From Bacteroidota bacterium (GTDB lineage Bacteria > Bacteroidota > Bacteroidia > Flavobacteriales_D > Sanyastnellaceae): a stretch of 64,000 bases of DNA. This document shows, one piece after another, positions 27,356 to 36,016 of the stretch. The DNA is taken from the NCBI GenBank assembly GCA_002746975.1, contig NVXE01000001.1:44013-108012 (forward strand). The letters are read 5' to 3'. The notes beneath the pieces were generated by a model. It worked only from the letters and a program-made list of their open reading frames with translations. It searched no databases and was not told the DNA's origin. Position 1 is the stretch's first letter. Each line of letters starts with the position of its first letter. A program made the translations under genes and the position numbers.

Positions 27356-28795
27356 ATGAATGACAATCTACATCGCATACTAATAAAAGGTGGCATCACT
27401 TCTCCAGGGGAGTTAAAAGACAGTATTACCATACTTGAGGCTGCTGGGCTCAAAGAAGTATATTTTGGCTCTAGACAGGACCTCTTGTTCCCGTTACAAG
27501 ATATTGAAGAAAAACAACTAGAAGGGATTTCAAAATTCAATACTGATATAATATCTGATAGAAGTTATCAAAACATTGTATGTTCCTATTTGTCAGCAGA
27601 TATTTTAGGAATGACACATTGGCTCCAAGGCTCTACTTATTTATATGTTTTAGAGGCTTTTGATTATTTACCCAAACTGAAAATAAACATTACAGATCCC
27701 AAACAAAGATTGGTGCCCAATTTTAGTGGCAACCTCAACTTTATTGCATCCAACCATGAAGATTATTGGTATCTGTATCTTAAATTCCCGCATTGGAAAA
27801 ATGGAACCTATTATCCTGTTTTAATATACAGTTGGGATATTGCCACTATTTCTAAGGCAATTGAAGAGGTATATGATGATATAGACAATGTAGATGACCT
27901 ATTTTTTATTTTGAACAAAAAATTGGACACCAATAACAAAGCCATAGAAAAAGAATTAAAAATTCCATTTAAAACCTTCCCATATTATGAAGGAATGAAT
28001 AAAATGGGAATAGATCAATATTGGTTGGGACTTTATTGGCGTAACAACAAGTACGACTTAAATTTTTTAAAGGATTTTTGTGGTTTTTGTTTAGACAACA
28101 GTATTGGAACGATATGTATTACCCCTTGGAAATCATTTATTGTAAAAGGCATAAAAAGCGAGAGCAAACCAGAACTTGAACGTTTTATCGGCCAAAAAGG
28201 AATTAATATTAGACATTCACAATTAGAAATGAACTGGCATGTACCTGTGGATGATAAAGAAGCATTGGAGCTTAAAAAATTCTTGGTTCGTAGTTTTGAT
28301 CAAAATGATATCAGCACTTATGGTTTAACTTTTGGCATCAGTAATGACCCCGGCAAACGCTCACACTTTTCATCAATTATTATAGAAAAAAATACGCAAC
28401 CGTCTATTGTTAAGGATTTTGATGTTCGGCCAACTTACAACGTGTTGTATTTTGAAAAATTTGACCCCAACACACAAATCTATAAAGCTTATGCTAGGGA
28501 TGTGGATAAAATTGAGCTTCCCGGATTGTTAATGGAATTGAGTAAAGAGTATTTTAACCAATTGGGTGAAGACAATGAAAGTGTAAAGAAGGTTAAAAAA
28601 CAAGTTAAAGAGACCACTAAAGAAGTTTATCAATGCAAAAGTTGTTTTACTGTATATGATAAAGAGTATGGCGATTATAAAAACAATATAGAAAAAGGAA
28701 CTTCTTTTGATAAGATTCCAGAAACCTATACCTGCCCTGTTTGTGATGGTCCAAAATCGTATTACCAAAAAACAATGCTACATGTAGCGGAATAA
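27356..28795 (+). CDS. Uncharacterised protein: two nitrite/sulfite-reductase ferredoxin-like half-domains plus C-terminal rubredoxin
   Basis: 479 aa. The N-terminus RILIKGGITSPGELKDSITILEAAGLKEVYFGSRQDLLFPL and the internal segment LKDFCGFCLDNSIGTICITPWKSFIVKGI both resemble NIR_SIR_ferr. The C-terminus YQCKSC...(29 aa)...CPVC is a rubredoxin knuckle pair. The gene starts 10 nt after the nitrate reductase stop. Confidence 0.7.
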   Translation: MNDNLHRILIKGGITSPGELKDSITILEAAGLKEVYFGSRQDLLFPLQDIEEKQLEGISKFNTDIISDRSYQNIVCSYLSADILGMTHWLQGSTYLYVLEAFDYLPKLKINITDPKQRLVPNFSGNLNFIASNHEDYWYLYLKFPHWKNGTYYPVLIYSWDIATISKAIEEVYDDIDNVDDLFFILNKKLDTNNKAIEKELKIPFKTFPYYEGMNKMGIDQYWLGLYWRNNKYDLNFLKDFCGFCLDNSIGTICITPWKSFIVKGIKSESKPELERFIGQKGINIRHSQLEMNWHVPVDDKEALELKKFLVRSFDQNDISTYGLTFGISNDPGKRSHFSSIIIEKNTQPSIVKDFDVRPTYNVLYFEKFDPNTQIYKAYARDVDKIELPGLLMELSKEYFNQLGEDNESVKKVKKQVKETTKEVYQCKSCFTVYDKEYGDYKNNIEKGTSFDKIPETYTCPVCDGPKSYYQKTMLHVAE

Positions 28796-28813
28796 TTCCC
28801 AATAGGATTTCTT

Positions 28814-30094
28814 CTATTGTGTTATCCTTTCCCCTCCTATCCATACAGAGGCTATTTTTTTGGTGTTTTGGATATCATCCAAGGGATTGGCATCCAATAA
28901 GACAAAATCAGCCAGTTTTCCTTTTTCTAAAGTACCTACATTTTTAAGTTTCAAACAATTGGCAGCATCACGCGTAGCAGCAACAATGATTTTCATGGGA
29001 GACATGCCAGCTTCTGCCATGAGCTCCAATTCTAAATGCTCAAAATAACCCTGAAAACGGGTTGGTATGCCACTATCTGTACCCATTGCAATTGTAACAC
29101 CAGCATCAGACAATTTTTTAAGGTTGACCAATGCCATTCGCAATGCTGCTTGATTTGCCTCATAGTCTCTTCCTCCTCTTACACCTGCCTGGCGCACAGA
29201 ATCTTTAAGCATGCCTACTTCATTGATATTCGCATTTTTTATAAAGAAAGGATCAGCAAAAAATTCAGGGGTTTCTCCATAGGCATAGGTGGACAAATCT
29301 CTAGTTAATGTAGGACAATAACAAACATTTTTAGTTTCTAAAAGTTCAATCAATTCAGCATCTACTTCTTGATCTCTAATACTGTGGGCTATAAAATCTA
29401 CATCCGATTCCAATAAATCTTTTGCTATTTGCAAATCGTATATATGCGCAGTCAGCATCAAGTTGTGGGCATGTGATTGCGCAATAATAGCCTTATATAT
29501 TTCCGGGGGCATGGCTTCTGAACGCCTTCTATTATTATCGACCCTGATTTTTATAAAATCCGTTTTATGTTTTGCATTTTTATCAACCATAGCTTGGACT
29601 CCTTCTATAGTATTTCCTACAATTATTTCTCCAGCAATATAAAGTCTAGCTCTGCCTATAGCTTCTGTTGTATCATTGATCGCCTGAAATGCCCTTGCCT
29701 GATCTAAATCCTCGCCTAAACTCACTACTGTTGTCACTCCAAAACGTGCATATAGTTCCAATTGATTCTGAATTTGAACTGCCGAATAATGCGCCGCATT
29801 CACTTCATCCCTGTACCCTACATGGGCGTGGGCATTTACCAGCCCAGGTATCATGGTCTTGCCAGATGCATCAATTAGTATCACATTATATGGTAAATCA
29901 ATTTCATCTACAGAGCCAGCAGCAACTACATATCCCTTTTCTATCAACACAACTGAATTCTCAATTGGAACTCCACCGTTACCATCAATGAGTCTTGCTC
30001 CCACAATTGCTGTAACTGAAGAAGTTTTAGGTTGCTGACAAGCAACAAAGAACAATAGTAAAAACAGGCTAGTAAAAGTGAGGTATCTATTCAT
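28814..30094 (-). CDS. Amidohydrolase-family metallohydrolase, lipoprotein/secreted
   Basis: Signal with lipobox-like FFVACQQ. HxH metal motif (LVNAHAHVG). Amidohydrolase_1-like layout ending in GKLADFVLLD. Confidence 0.8.
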   Translation of the reverse strand: MNRYLTFTSLFLLLFFVACQQPKTSSVTAIVGARLIDGNGGVPIENSVVLIEKGYVVAAGSVDEIDLPYNVILIDASGKTMIPGLVNAHAHVGYRDEVNAAHYSAVQIQNQLELYARFGVTTVVSLGEDLDQARAFQAINDTTEAIGRARLYIAGEIIVGNTIEGVQAMVDKNAKHKTDFIKIRVDNNRRRSEAMPPEIYKAIIAQSHAHNLMLTAHIYDLQIAKDLLESDVDFIAHSIRDQEVDAELIELLETKNVCYCPTLTRDLSTYAYGETPEFFADPFFIKNANINEVGMLKDSVRQAGVRGGRDYEANQAALRMALVNLKKLSDAGVTIAMGTDSGIPTRFQGYFEHLELELMAEAGMSPMKIIVAATRDAANCLKLKNVGTLEKGKLADFVLLDANPLDDIQNTKKIASVWIGGERITQ

Positions 30095-30148
30095 AATTGC
30101 AATGTATGTGGTACATTAAAAATAACTATTTAAATACTATATCTCTAA

Positions 30149-30544
30149 TTAAAAAATTTTAGAACTATAACCAAAGGTTTTCATGAACCACGTCCAGGTA
30201 TTGATTTTATTTATTGCTACTGTTAGGCGATGTATTTCAGCTTCTTTGAAATAAAGCAGTAATGCATTGAAGGTTTCCTTAGTAGGTGTTTTTTTATTCT
30301 TAGCTGATAGTTCTTCTGCCAAACTTAATACTGCCCGCTCCTTTTGAGAAAAATGAGGAACCTTGTCCCAAACATAAAGCAATGTAAGTCTAACATTTGA
30401 TTCACCTATATGAGACAACTCATCATGATGCATCTGTATACAATACGCACAATCGTTTATCTGTCCTATTCTTAAACTGATCAATTCAAGTAAATGAACA
30501 TCCATCAAACTCCTTCCAACATTCTTTTTATGCTTCATATTCAT
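30149..30544 (-). CDS. Carboxymuconolactone decarboxylase (AhpD-like) family protein, short form
   Basis: CxxC motif in the context RIGQINDCAYCIQMH. The N-terminus looks shorter than usual for the family and is bounded by an upstream in-frame stop. Confidence 0.65.
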   Translation of the reverse strand: MNMKHKKNVGRSLMDVHLLELISLRIGQINDCAYCIQMHHDELSHIGESNVRLTLLYVWDKVPHFSQKERAVLSLAEELSAKNKKTPTKETFNALLLYFKEAEIHRLTVAINKINTWTWFMKTFGYSSKIF

Positions 30545-30630
30545 TTACTTGAAATCACCCAGTTTATTTCTCCCCTTTAAGAACGAAACAAGAAAAAAAG
30601 TATATTTTAATTCTGACCCATTTGTTGGCT

Positions 30631-31308
30631 TCAAGACCTTCCCAATTGGTTTATCATTTGTAAAGCGACACCTGCAGCTGATGCGGGGTTCTGACCTGTT
30701 ACCAAGTTTCCATCTACAACTACATAGGCTTCAAAAGGAGCTGTATTTGAAAAACTAGCCCCTTGTTCAGATAATGCTTTATCCAACATAAATGGAATAA
30801 CTTCAACTAGAGCATGTTTATCAATCTCCTCCTCTGCTACAGTAAACGATGTGATTTGCTTTCCCTCTAGTAAATTGCTCCCATCAGATAGCTGGACACT
30901 TAACAAGGCTACAGGTCCATGACAAACTGCACCTACCAATCGTCCGCTTTCATACACTTGTTTGATGGTTTCTTTAACCAATGGATTCTTCTCCATATCC
31001 ATCATAGGTCCCAATCCTCCTGGGAAGAATATGGCATCATATGCATCAATGTCTACATCGATCAATCTATGACTAAAATTAAGTCGCTTAAACCCCTTCC
31101 CTTCTCTAAATTCTTTACTCTTCTTTTGTGTAGCGTCATAGCCAGTTTCTGGCGGAATTCCACCCAAAATACTTGCGAAATCCACATTATACCCTGCATT
31201 TACGAATTCTAAATATGGGTCTGCCACTTCTGAAAACTCATAACCAGTAGCACGGTTTTCAGTACCCGTTTTGTCAGTACTTGTGATGATAAAAAGTATG
31301 TATTTCAT
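30631..31308 (-). CDS. DJ-1/PfpI (class I glutamine amidotransferase-like) family protein
   Basis: 225 aa with the nucleophile elbow GAVCHGP. Confidence 0.8.
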   Translation of the reverse strand: MKYILFIITSTDKTGTENRATGYEFSEVADPYLEFVNAGYNVDFASILGGIPPETGYDATQKKSKEFREGKGFKRLNFSHRLIDVDIDAYDAIFFPGGLGPMMDMEKNPLVKETIKQVYESGRLVGAVCHGPVALLSVQLSDGSNLLEGKQITSFTVAEEEIDKHALVEVIPFMLDKALSEQGASFSNTAPFEAYVVVDGNLVTGQNPASAAGVALQMINQLGRS

Positions 31309-31425
31309 TTGTTATATTTTAATAAGAAGCTGCCTGAGTCCTTTAACAAAAAAGACATTTCGACTACGCCCAATGTGACATCTTAACTCACATTCTCAAA
31401 CAGCTTCATTTTTTTTGATTTAGTT

Positions 31426-32184
31426 CTAAGCAATCATCTTTGACTTTGATGTAGCCAATTTCTCAATGGCGATTGCCAAAGCCTCTGGTGCCGTTTCCAA
31501 GGGCACATGTCCAAATGCTAATGTCACAACTTCATCTGCATCAATCCCCAAAAATTCTTGTGTAAACACTTGCGCTTTTGGAGAAACTACTCGATCTAAA
31601 GTAGTCCCAACATAGGCCTTGGGTACACGACCAAAATTTGCTTCTGTGGTGATGACCCCTACCAAAAATGGTTTTGTTGCCTGATTTACTAGTTGTGGTA
31701 TTACCTTATCAATTTGAGCATCAGTAGCACCCGTAAAAATGACATTCTTTATGGTCTCTCTACTCATTGAAACTGACTTTTTATCTTCGGAATAAATCAA
31801 GTTTTCAAGAAACTCAGAGTCTTCATCTGCGGTAAAAACTTCAACAGCATTTTTACCATCATAAGGCACAGCAGATGCCACAAACACTAATTTTTCAATA
31901 TTTCCTGGCATCTCTTCAGCGACTTTAGAAACTACAAAACCTCCAAAACTATGTGCTACCAACACTACTGGTTTCCCTATTCTTACCAATTCTTCTTTTA
32001 CTCGGTCTACATAAAGGTCTAACGTAATTTCCTCCAAAGGTGTTTTGTCATTGCCATGCCCTGGCAAATCAATTGCAATGACCTCATGATTGCTTTTTTC
32101 TAAAAAAGCTACGGTTTCCTTCCATGACCACGCTCCTTCCCATGCCCCATGAATTAATAAAATTGTTTTACTTAAATTTTTCAT
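31426..32184 (-). CDS. Alpha/beta hydrolase (esterase-like)
   Basis: HGAWEGAWSW oxyanion region and the GxSxG variant AHSFGG. Confidence 0.8.
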   Translation of the reverse strand: MKNLSKTILLIHGAWEGAWSWKETVAFLEKSNHEVIAIDLPGHGNDKTPLEEITLDLYVDRVKEELVRIGKPVVLVAHSFGGFVVSKVAEEMPGNIEKLVFVASAVPYDGKNAVEVFTADEDSEFLENLIYSEDKKSVSMSRETIKNVIFTGATDAQIDKVIPQLVNQATKPFLVGVITTEANFGRVPKAYVGTTLDRVVSPKAQVFTQEFLGIDADEVVTLAFGHVPLETAPEALAIAIEKLATSKSKMIA

Positions 32185-32234
32185 TGTCTTATCTTTTTAA
32201 TACTGATTATAACTTGTTTTTAAACTCTGATTCT

Positions 32235-32651
32235 CTATCCTTTAGAAATGGCTTCTCCCAATTCTTCATTGGTCATTGCCACTCCATCTAAATTCCATCC
32301 ACCATCTACGGCATGTAAAACATTCACATAGATATTGTCTTTTGGCTGTTTGCCTCCAGATAGTTTAAAAATGATTTCCGTTACTTCTGCAAAGTGTTGT
32401 TTGATTACTGCATCGTCTGCAAGAGCAAACGAAGGGACTTTCCATTCGGCCCATGCTCCTAAAAATTCTTTTCCTCCAGAGAAAGATGAGCCTTTTGGAA
32501 CAATATGTACATTGGCAGTAATGTTTGGTGTCATCAAAGTGTTCCCTGATAAACCATGAGTTTTTAATAAAGAGTCTGTAATTTGTTTTACGGCTTCTTT
32601 TTCAGTTCCGACAGGCAAAACGCCTTCAGTTAATGTTAAAGTAAGTGGCAT
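32235..32651 (-). CDS. Tautomerase-superfamily protein (long, ~138 aa form)
   Basis: Start set at the internal Met, so the mature protein begins MPLTLTLTEGVL. Pro1 is the hallmark of 4-OT-superfamily enzymes. The assignment is tentative. Confidence 0.5.
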   Translation of the reverse strand: MPLTLTLTEGVLPVGTEKEAVKQITDSLLKTHGLSGNTLMTPNITANVHIVPKGSSFSGGKEFLGAWAEWKVPSFALADDAVIKQHFAEVTEIIFKLSGGKQPKDNIYVNVLHAVDGGWNLDGVAMTNEELGEAISKG

Positions 32652-32754
32652 AATTTTAAATTTATAAGTTATTTGCTTCATTGCTAACAACACTACAAAT
32701 TTGCGACGTATGGGAAGTATAAAAGTTGTCCTATGACAACGTTTTTAAACGCAC

Positions 32755-32788
32755 AAAAAATGCCTTCCGGGGTGGAAAGGCATTTTTA
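32755..32788 (-). terminator. Bidirectional rho-independent terminator after the NmrA-like gene
   Basis: AAAAAATGCCTTCCGGGGTGGAAAGGCATTTTT: a GC-containing stem flanked by an A-run and a T-run. Confidence 0.65.
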
Positions 32789-32811
32789 CTGATGTATACT
32801 AAGACTAGTAT

Positions 32812-33705
32812 TTAGGCTATAGCCGTTTCAAACACCTCCTTATGTTCCTTTATATATGCTTTAAAAGACCTTGGTTCATGACCCGTAATCTTTTTCACAA
32901 CATCTGTTGTCTTATTAAATCGCCCATCGGAAACTTCACTGCTAAACTCCTTTAAGTGTTTGGCAAGAAAAGGGTTCACAGTGGGATGCTCTTTAACTGC
33001 ATCAATCCATTGATCAACGGTAACCGGGACAAATTCAATCTCTTGATGCAATAAATCACTGATATCTTTTGCAACCTCCAGCCCGCTGTATATTTTGTCT
33101 CCAGAGATGTCATACTTTTTACCTATGTGTTTCTCTTTATTTTCATCCGACAATATTTCGGCAACCACTTCCCCAATATCTTTTGGATGTACGATGGTAT
33201 ATTTAGCTTCCGCATCTGGGTAATAGAATTTTTGATGGTCTGCTACCGTAGGCGCTGCAAAACCCAAATAGTTCCAGGCAAAAAGCCCTGGCCTAATATG
33301 CACCGCGCCTACATTGGCCCATTCAAAAATATGCTCGGCAATGACATGGTTCTGTGTTGCGGGGCTCGGTGTGTCTTCATTGGCACCCATTTGCGACATT
33401 TCTACAACCATCTCTACACCCTTTTCCTTAGCTACTTTTGCAAAATAGGCGGCAGCTTTGGGTAAATGATCCTTAAATGGATATAAAAAATAGGCTCTTT
33501 TTATCCCATCCAAAGCTGTTCTCAATGCGTTGACATCAAGGAAATCCCCTTGAACGACTTCTACTCCTCTTGCCTTAAGCGCTTCACTGCGCTCATCAAT
33601 GGTTCTCACCATAGCTCTCACTTTTACGCCCTTATCCAACAAATGTTGAATAGCATATTGACTGGTTGTGCCAGTTGCTCCTGTAATTAAAATTTCTGCT
33701 TTCAT
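32812..33705 (-). CDS. NmrA-family NAD(P)-binding protein
   Basis: N-terminal ILITGATGTTSQY Rossmann motif and an NmrA-like length of 297 aa. Confidence 0.78.
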   Translation of the reverse strand: MKAEILITGATGTTSQYAIQHLLDKGVKVRAMVRTIDERSEALKARGVEVVQGDFLDVNALRTALDGIKRAYFLYPFKDHLPKAAAYFAKVAKEKGVEMVVEMSQMGANEDTPSPATQNHVIAEHIFEWANVGAVHIRPGLFAWNYLGFAAPTVADHQKFYYPDAEAKYTIVHPKDIGEVVAEILSDENKEKHIGKKYDISGDKIYSGLEVAKDISDLLHQEIEFVPVTVDQWIDAVKEHPTVNPFLAKHLKEFSSEVSDGRFNKTTDVVKKITGHEPRSFKAYIKEHKEVFETAIA

Positions 33706-33735
33706 TTATCTATTTATTTAGTATTACTTTATGTT

Positions 33736-34668
33736 TTAGTGCTTTTTCATTCCCTTTTTTAAGGCCCAAATTTTTATATGTTCAGCAGCCATTTCTCCTT
33801 TATCATCCTGCCAAAAATGGCTAGCTTTCAATAGTTTCACCTCATGATTGGGGAAAATAGATTGGAATAATTTTAATTCTGGTTTTTGAAATGCAAAATC
33901 ACTATCGCCCCAAGTGAATAGTACAGGTTTTTCCTTAAGCTTATATAAGGACTTTTCTATATGAGATAGAAACGCCTTAGAATTGTATAATTCTTTTGGA
34001 AATATTGCCGTTTGCTTACGATTATTTCCCTTTTCGAAAGGGGCTTTATACATCATCAATTCCTCTTTTGAAGGTGACTTTAGAAACCCTTTTTTCATGA
34101 ACACATGCCATGCTCCATTAAAATATTTGGCAATCCAACGCCCAATAAATCCGCCCAAAGCATGACTAAAAAGTTTTTGTCCCAGTCTTTTAAGTGGCCA
34201 TGCCCAAGTATTTCCAAGAACTATTCCTTTGATTAGGCTGGGGTTGTTTACGGCTATATTTAAGCCTATTGGTCCACCCCAATCTTGCATAACCATAATA
34301 ATGTCCTTTAATTCTAAGATGTTTATAAACTCTTCAATCACTGCACTATGTGTACTTGGTAGAAAATCATAATTGCTTGGTGAAGGGGATAAGCCAAATC
34401 CTGGGTAATCTGGCGCAATCACTCTAAAATCTTCCTTTAGTGCAGCAATCATTTTTCTATATAAAAAGGACCAGGTTGGATTTCCATGAAGCATTAAAAG
34501 TATAGGTCCTTTCCCTTCATCTATATAATGAACATTGATGCCGTTTGCTAGTGTTAAAAAATTATTCTTAAATGGAAATAAATTCTTATCCACTTCAAAT
34601 TTTAGCGTTCTTTCTTTATTTTCAATTGAACTGCTAGTTGCATCTTGATTCGCTGAGTTGTTTTTCAT
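33736..34668 (-). CDS. Haloalkane dehalogenase-like alpha/beta hydrolase
   Basis: HGNPTWSFLYR motif and nucleophile context VMQDWGGPIG. Confidence 0.72.
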   Translation of the reverse strand: MKNNSANQDATSSSIENKERTLKFEVDKNLFPFKNNFLTLANGINVHYIDEGKGPILLMLHGNPTWSFLYRKMIAALKEDFRVIAPDYPGFGLSPSPSNYDFLPSTHSAVIEEFINILELKDIIMVMQDWGGPIGLNIAVNNPSLIKGIVLGNTWAWPLKRLGQKLFSHALGGFIGRWIAKYFNGAWHVFMKKGFLKSPSKEELMMYKAPFEKGNNRKQTAIFPKELYNSKAFLSHIEKSLYKLKEKPVLFTWGDSDFAFQKPELKLFQSIFPNHEVKLLKASHFWQDDKGEMAAEHIKIWALKKGMKKH

Positions 34669-34690
34669 GATTAGGTATCTATTTAAATTT

Positions 34691-35488
34691 CTAAAGAGAA
34701 TTACGAAGTGCTTTTTTAAACACCATTCCGAACGAACGTGTATTCATCTTTCTTGAAAACAAAAATTTGCCATTCCAATAAAGAAATGCATTTATAGCAC
34801 CCGGAATGCTCAACCTTTTTTTTCCTAGGTCTTTTACCGCTTTTTGAGCTACGAAATAAGGCGTTAGGGGCTTAAAAGGAGTTCCTGAAAGGTTATACGT
34901 CTGAGCAAGATTGGTTTTTGTGAAACCTGGTGTTACGGCTAAAACATCAATATTGTGTTTCTCAAATTCTGCCGCAATGCCTTCAGAGAATATTAAATTA
35001 TAGGCTTTGGTACCTGCATAATTAGCAACATAAGGTACGCCCTGAAATGCCACTATAGAGGACATGTTAATGATGCCTCCTTTTTTTCTTTCAACCATTT
35101 TAGCTCCAAAATGATGTGTCAATAAAAGCGGCACTTGAATGTTTAGTACAATAGTCTGCACATGTTCTTTAGTAGAGATTTTCAAAAAATGATCTGAATC
35201 CTCTCTACCCACATTATTTACCAATAGGCCAATTTCTAAATCATTAGTCTCGCTTATCAAGGTATCAATACCAACTTCTGAAGCTAAATCTGCGACTATA
35301 ACTTTTATTGCTACATCATATTTATCAACCAATTCTTTTCCTATAAGCAGCATTTTTTCTTTGCTTCTAGCCACAAGCACAATATTTAAACCTCTAGCAG
35401 CCAAACTTATGGCGAATTGTTTTCCTATTCCTGAAGAAGCCCCGGTTATCAAACCCCAAGAACTATATTTCTCTATAAATTTTTTCAT
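34691..35488 (-). CDS. Short-chain dehydrogenase/reductase (SDR)
   Basis: ITGASSGIG cofactor motif and the YAGTK catalytic motif. Confidence 0.9.
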   Translation of the reverse strand: MKKFIEKYSSWGLITGASSGIGKQFAISLAARGLNIVLVARSKEKMLLIGKELVDKYDVAIKVIVADLASEVGIDTLISETNDLEIGLLVNNVGREDSDHFLKISTKEHVQTIVLNIQVPLLLTHHFGAKMVERKKGGIINMSSIVAFQGVPYVANYAGTKAYNLIFSEGIAAEFEKHNIDVLAVTPGFTKTNLAQTYNLSGTPFKPLTPYFVAQKAVKDLGKKRLSIPGAINAFLYWNGKFLFSRKMNTRSFGMVFKKALRNSL

Positions 35489-35503
35489 TTTGCTATTTTT
35501 TTA

Positions 35504-35517
35504 GTTGTATATACAAC
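35504..35517. promoter_or_regulatory. Perfect 14-bp palindrome GTTGTATATACAAC (copy 1), 16 bp upstream of the SDR ATG
   Basis: Read directly from the sequence. An identical copy lies at 35947..35960. Confidence 0.5.
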
Positions 35518-35534
35518 ATCTATATTTAAAGTTT

Positions 35535-35924
35535 TTATCCCAGTTCGCTCTCTAAGAATTTGATACTTTCCAAGCCATTATCATCAAGCTTATCCATCAA
35601 TCATTCCCAAATTGGGATAAGTGTATCTACTAATTCTTCACCTTTTGGCGTTAATGCTATTTCTGGTCTATAATCCAAGGACCCAGTTACAATTCCACTT
35701 TTTTCCAATAATTTCACATTTCTACTTACCGCAGAGCGCTCTAAGACTAAAACTTCATCTATTTTTCCTTGTTCTATTTTCTCTAACTTTAATAATAAAA
35801 AAAGAATACTCAATTGGCTCTCCGTAATATTCTACTCCTTTAGACCTGCTCTATATTCCTTATCCACAATTCTTGACAACCGACGCAGCCTGTTCCCAAT
35901 ACAATGTTGCAACTCATATTTCAT
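35535..35924 (-). pseudogene. MarR-family transcriptional regulator interrupted by two in-frame stop codons (TAG at 35832-35834, TGA at 35601-35603)
   Basis: One continuous frame reads MKYELQHCIGNRLRRLSRIVDKEYRAGLKE*NITESQLSILFLLLKLEKIEQGKIDEVLVLERSAVSRNVKLLEKSGIVTGSLDYRPEIALTPKGEELVDTLIPIWE*LMDKLDDNGLESIKFLESELG*. The wHTH core (LERSAVSRNVKLLEK) is MarR-like. The ORF track shows only the middle fragment, 35601..35813. Confidence 0.7.
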
Positions 35925-35946
35925 AGTGTAAACATAATATATATAT

Positions 35947-35960
35947 GTTGTATATACAAC
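35947..35960. promoter_or_regulatory. Perfect 14-bp palindrome GTTGTATATACAAC (copy 2), 23 bp upstream of the marR-like ATG
   Basis: Read directly from the sequence. Confidence 0.5.
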
Positions 35961-36016
35961 TTATGACTGTAATTTCACTTAACTTTAACTTTTAAGCATC
36001 ATAAAGGTGCTTTTCC

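Noticed and set aside
30101-30117. An inverted repeat AATGTA-N5-TACATT 7 bp upstream of the amidohydrolase ATG.
   Set aside because: It has AT-rich 6-bp arms and occurs only once, which is well within chance expectation.
30149-30630. A possible N-terminal truncation or frameshift of the short AhpD-like gene.
   Set aside because: I translated all three upstream frames and found no recognisable missing N-terminal segment. Short CMD-family proteins exist, so I keep it as an intact gene at reduced confidence.
35601-35834. Stop-codon recoding or programmed readthrough as an explanation for the two in-frame stops in the marR-like gene.
   Set aside because: Two different stop codons (TAG and TGA) are involved. 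Both appear to terminate other ORFs in the window: I read a TGA stop for the PNPOx-like gene (45359-45361) and a TAG after murF (6506-6508). I did not check every gene end. No recoding signals are evident. A pseudogene or a sequencing error is more parsimonious.
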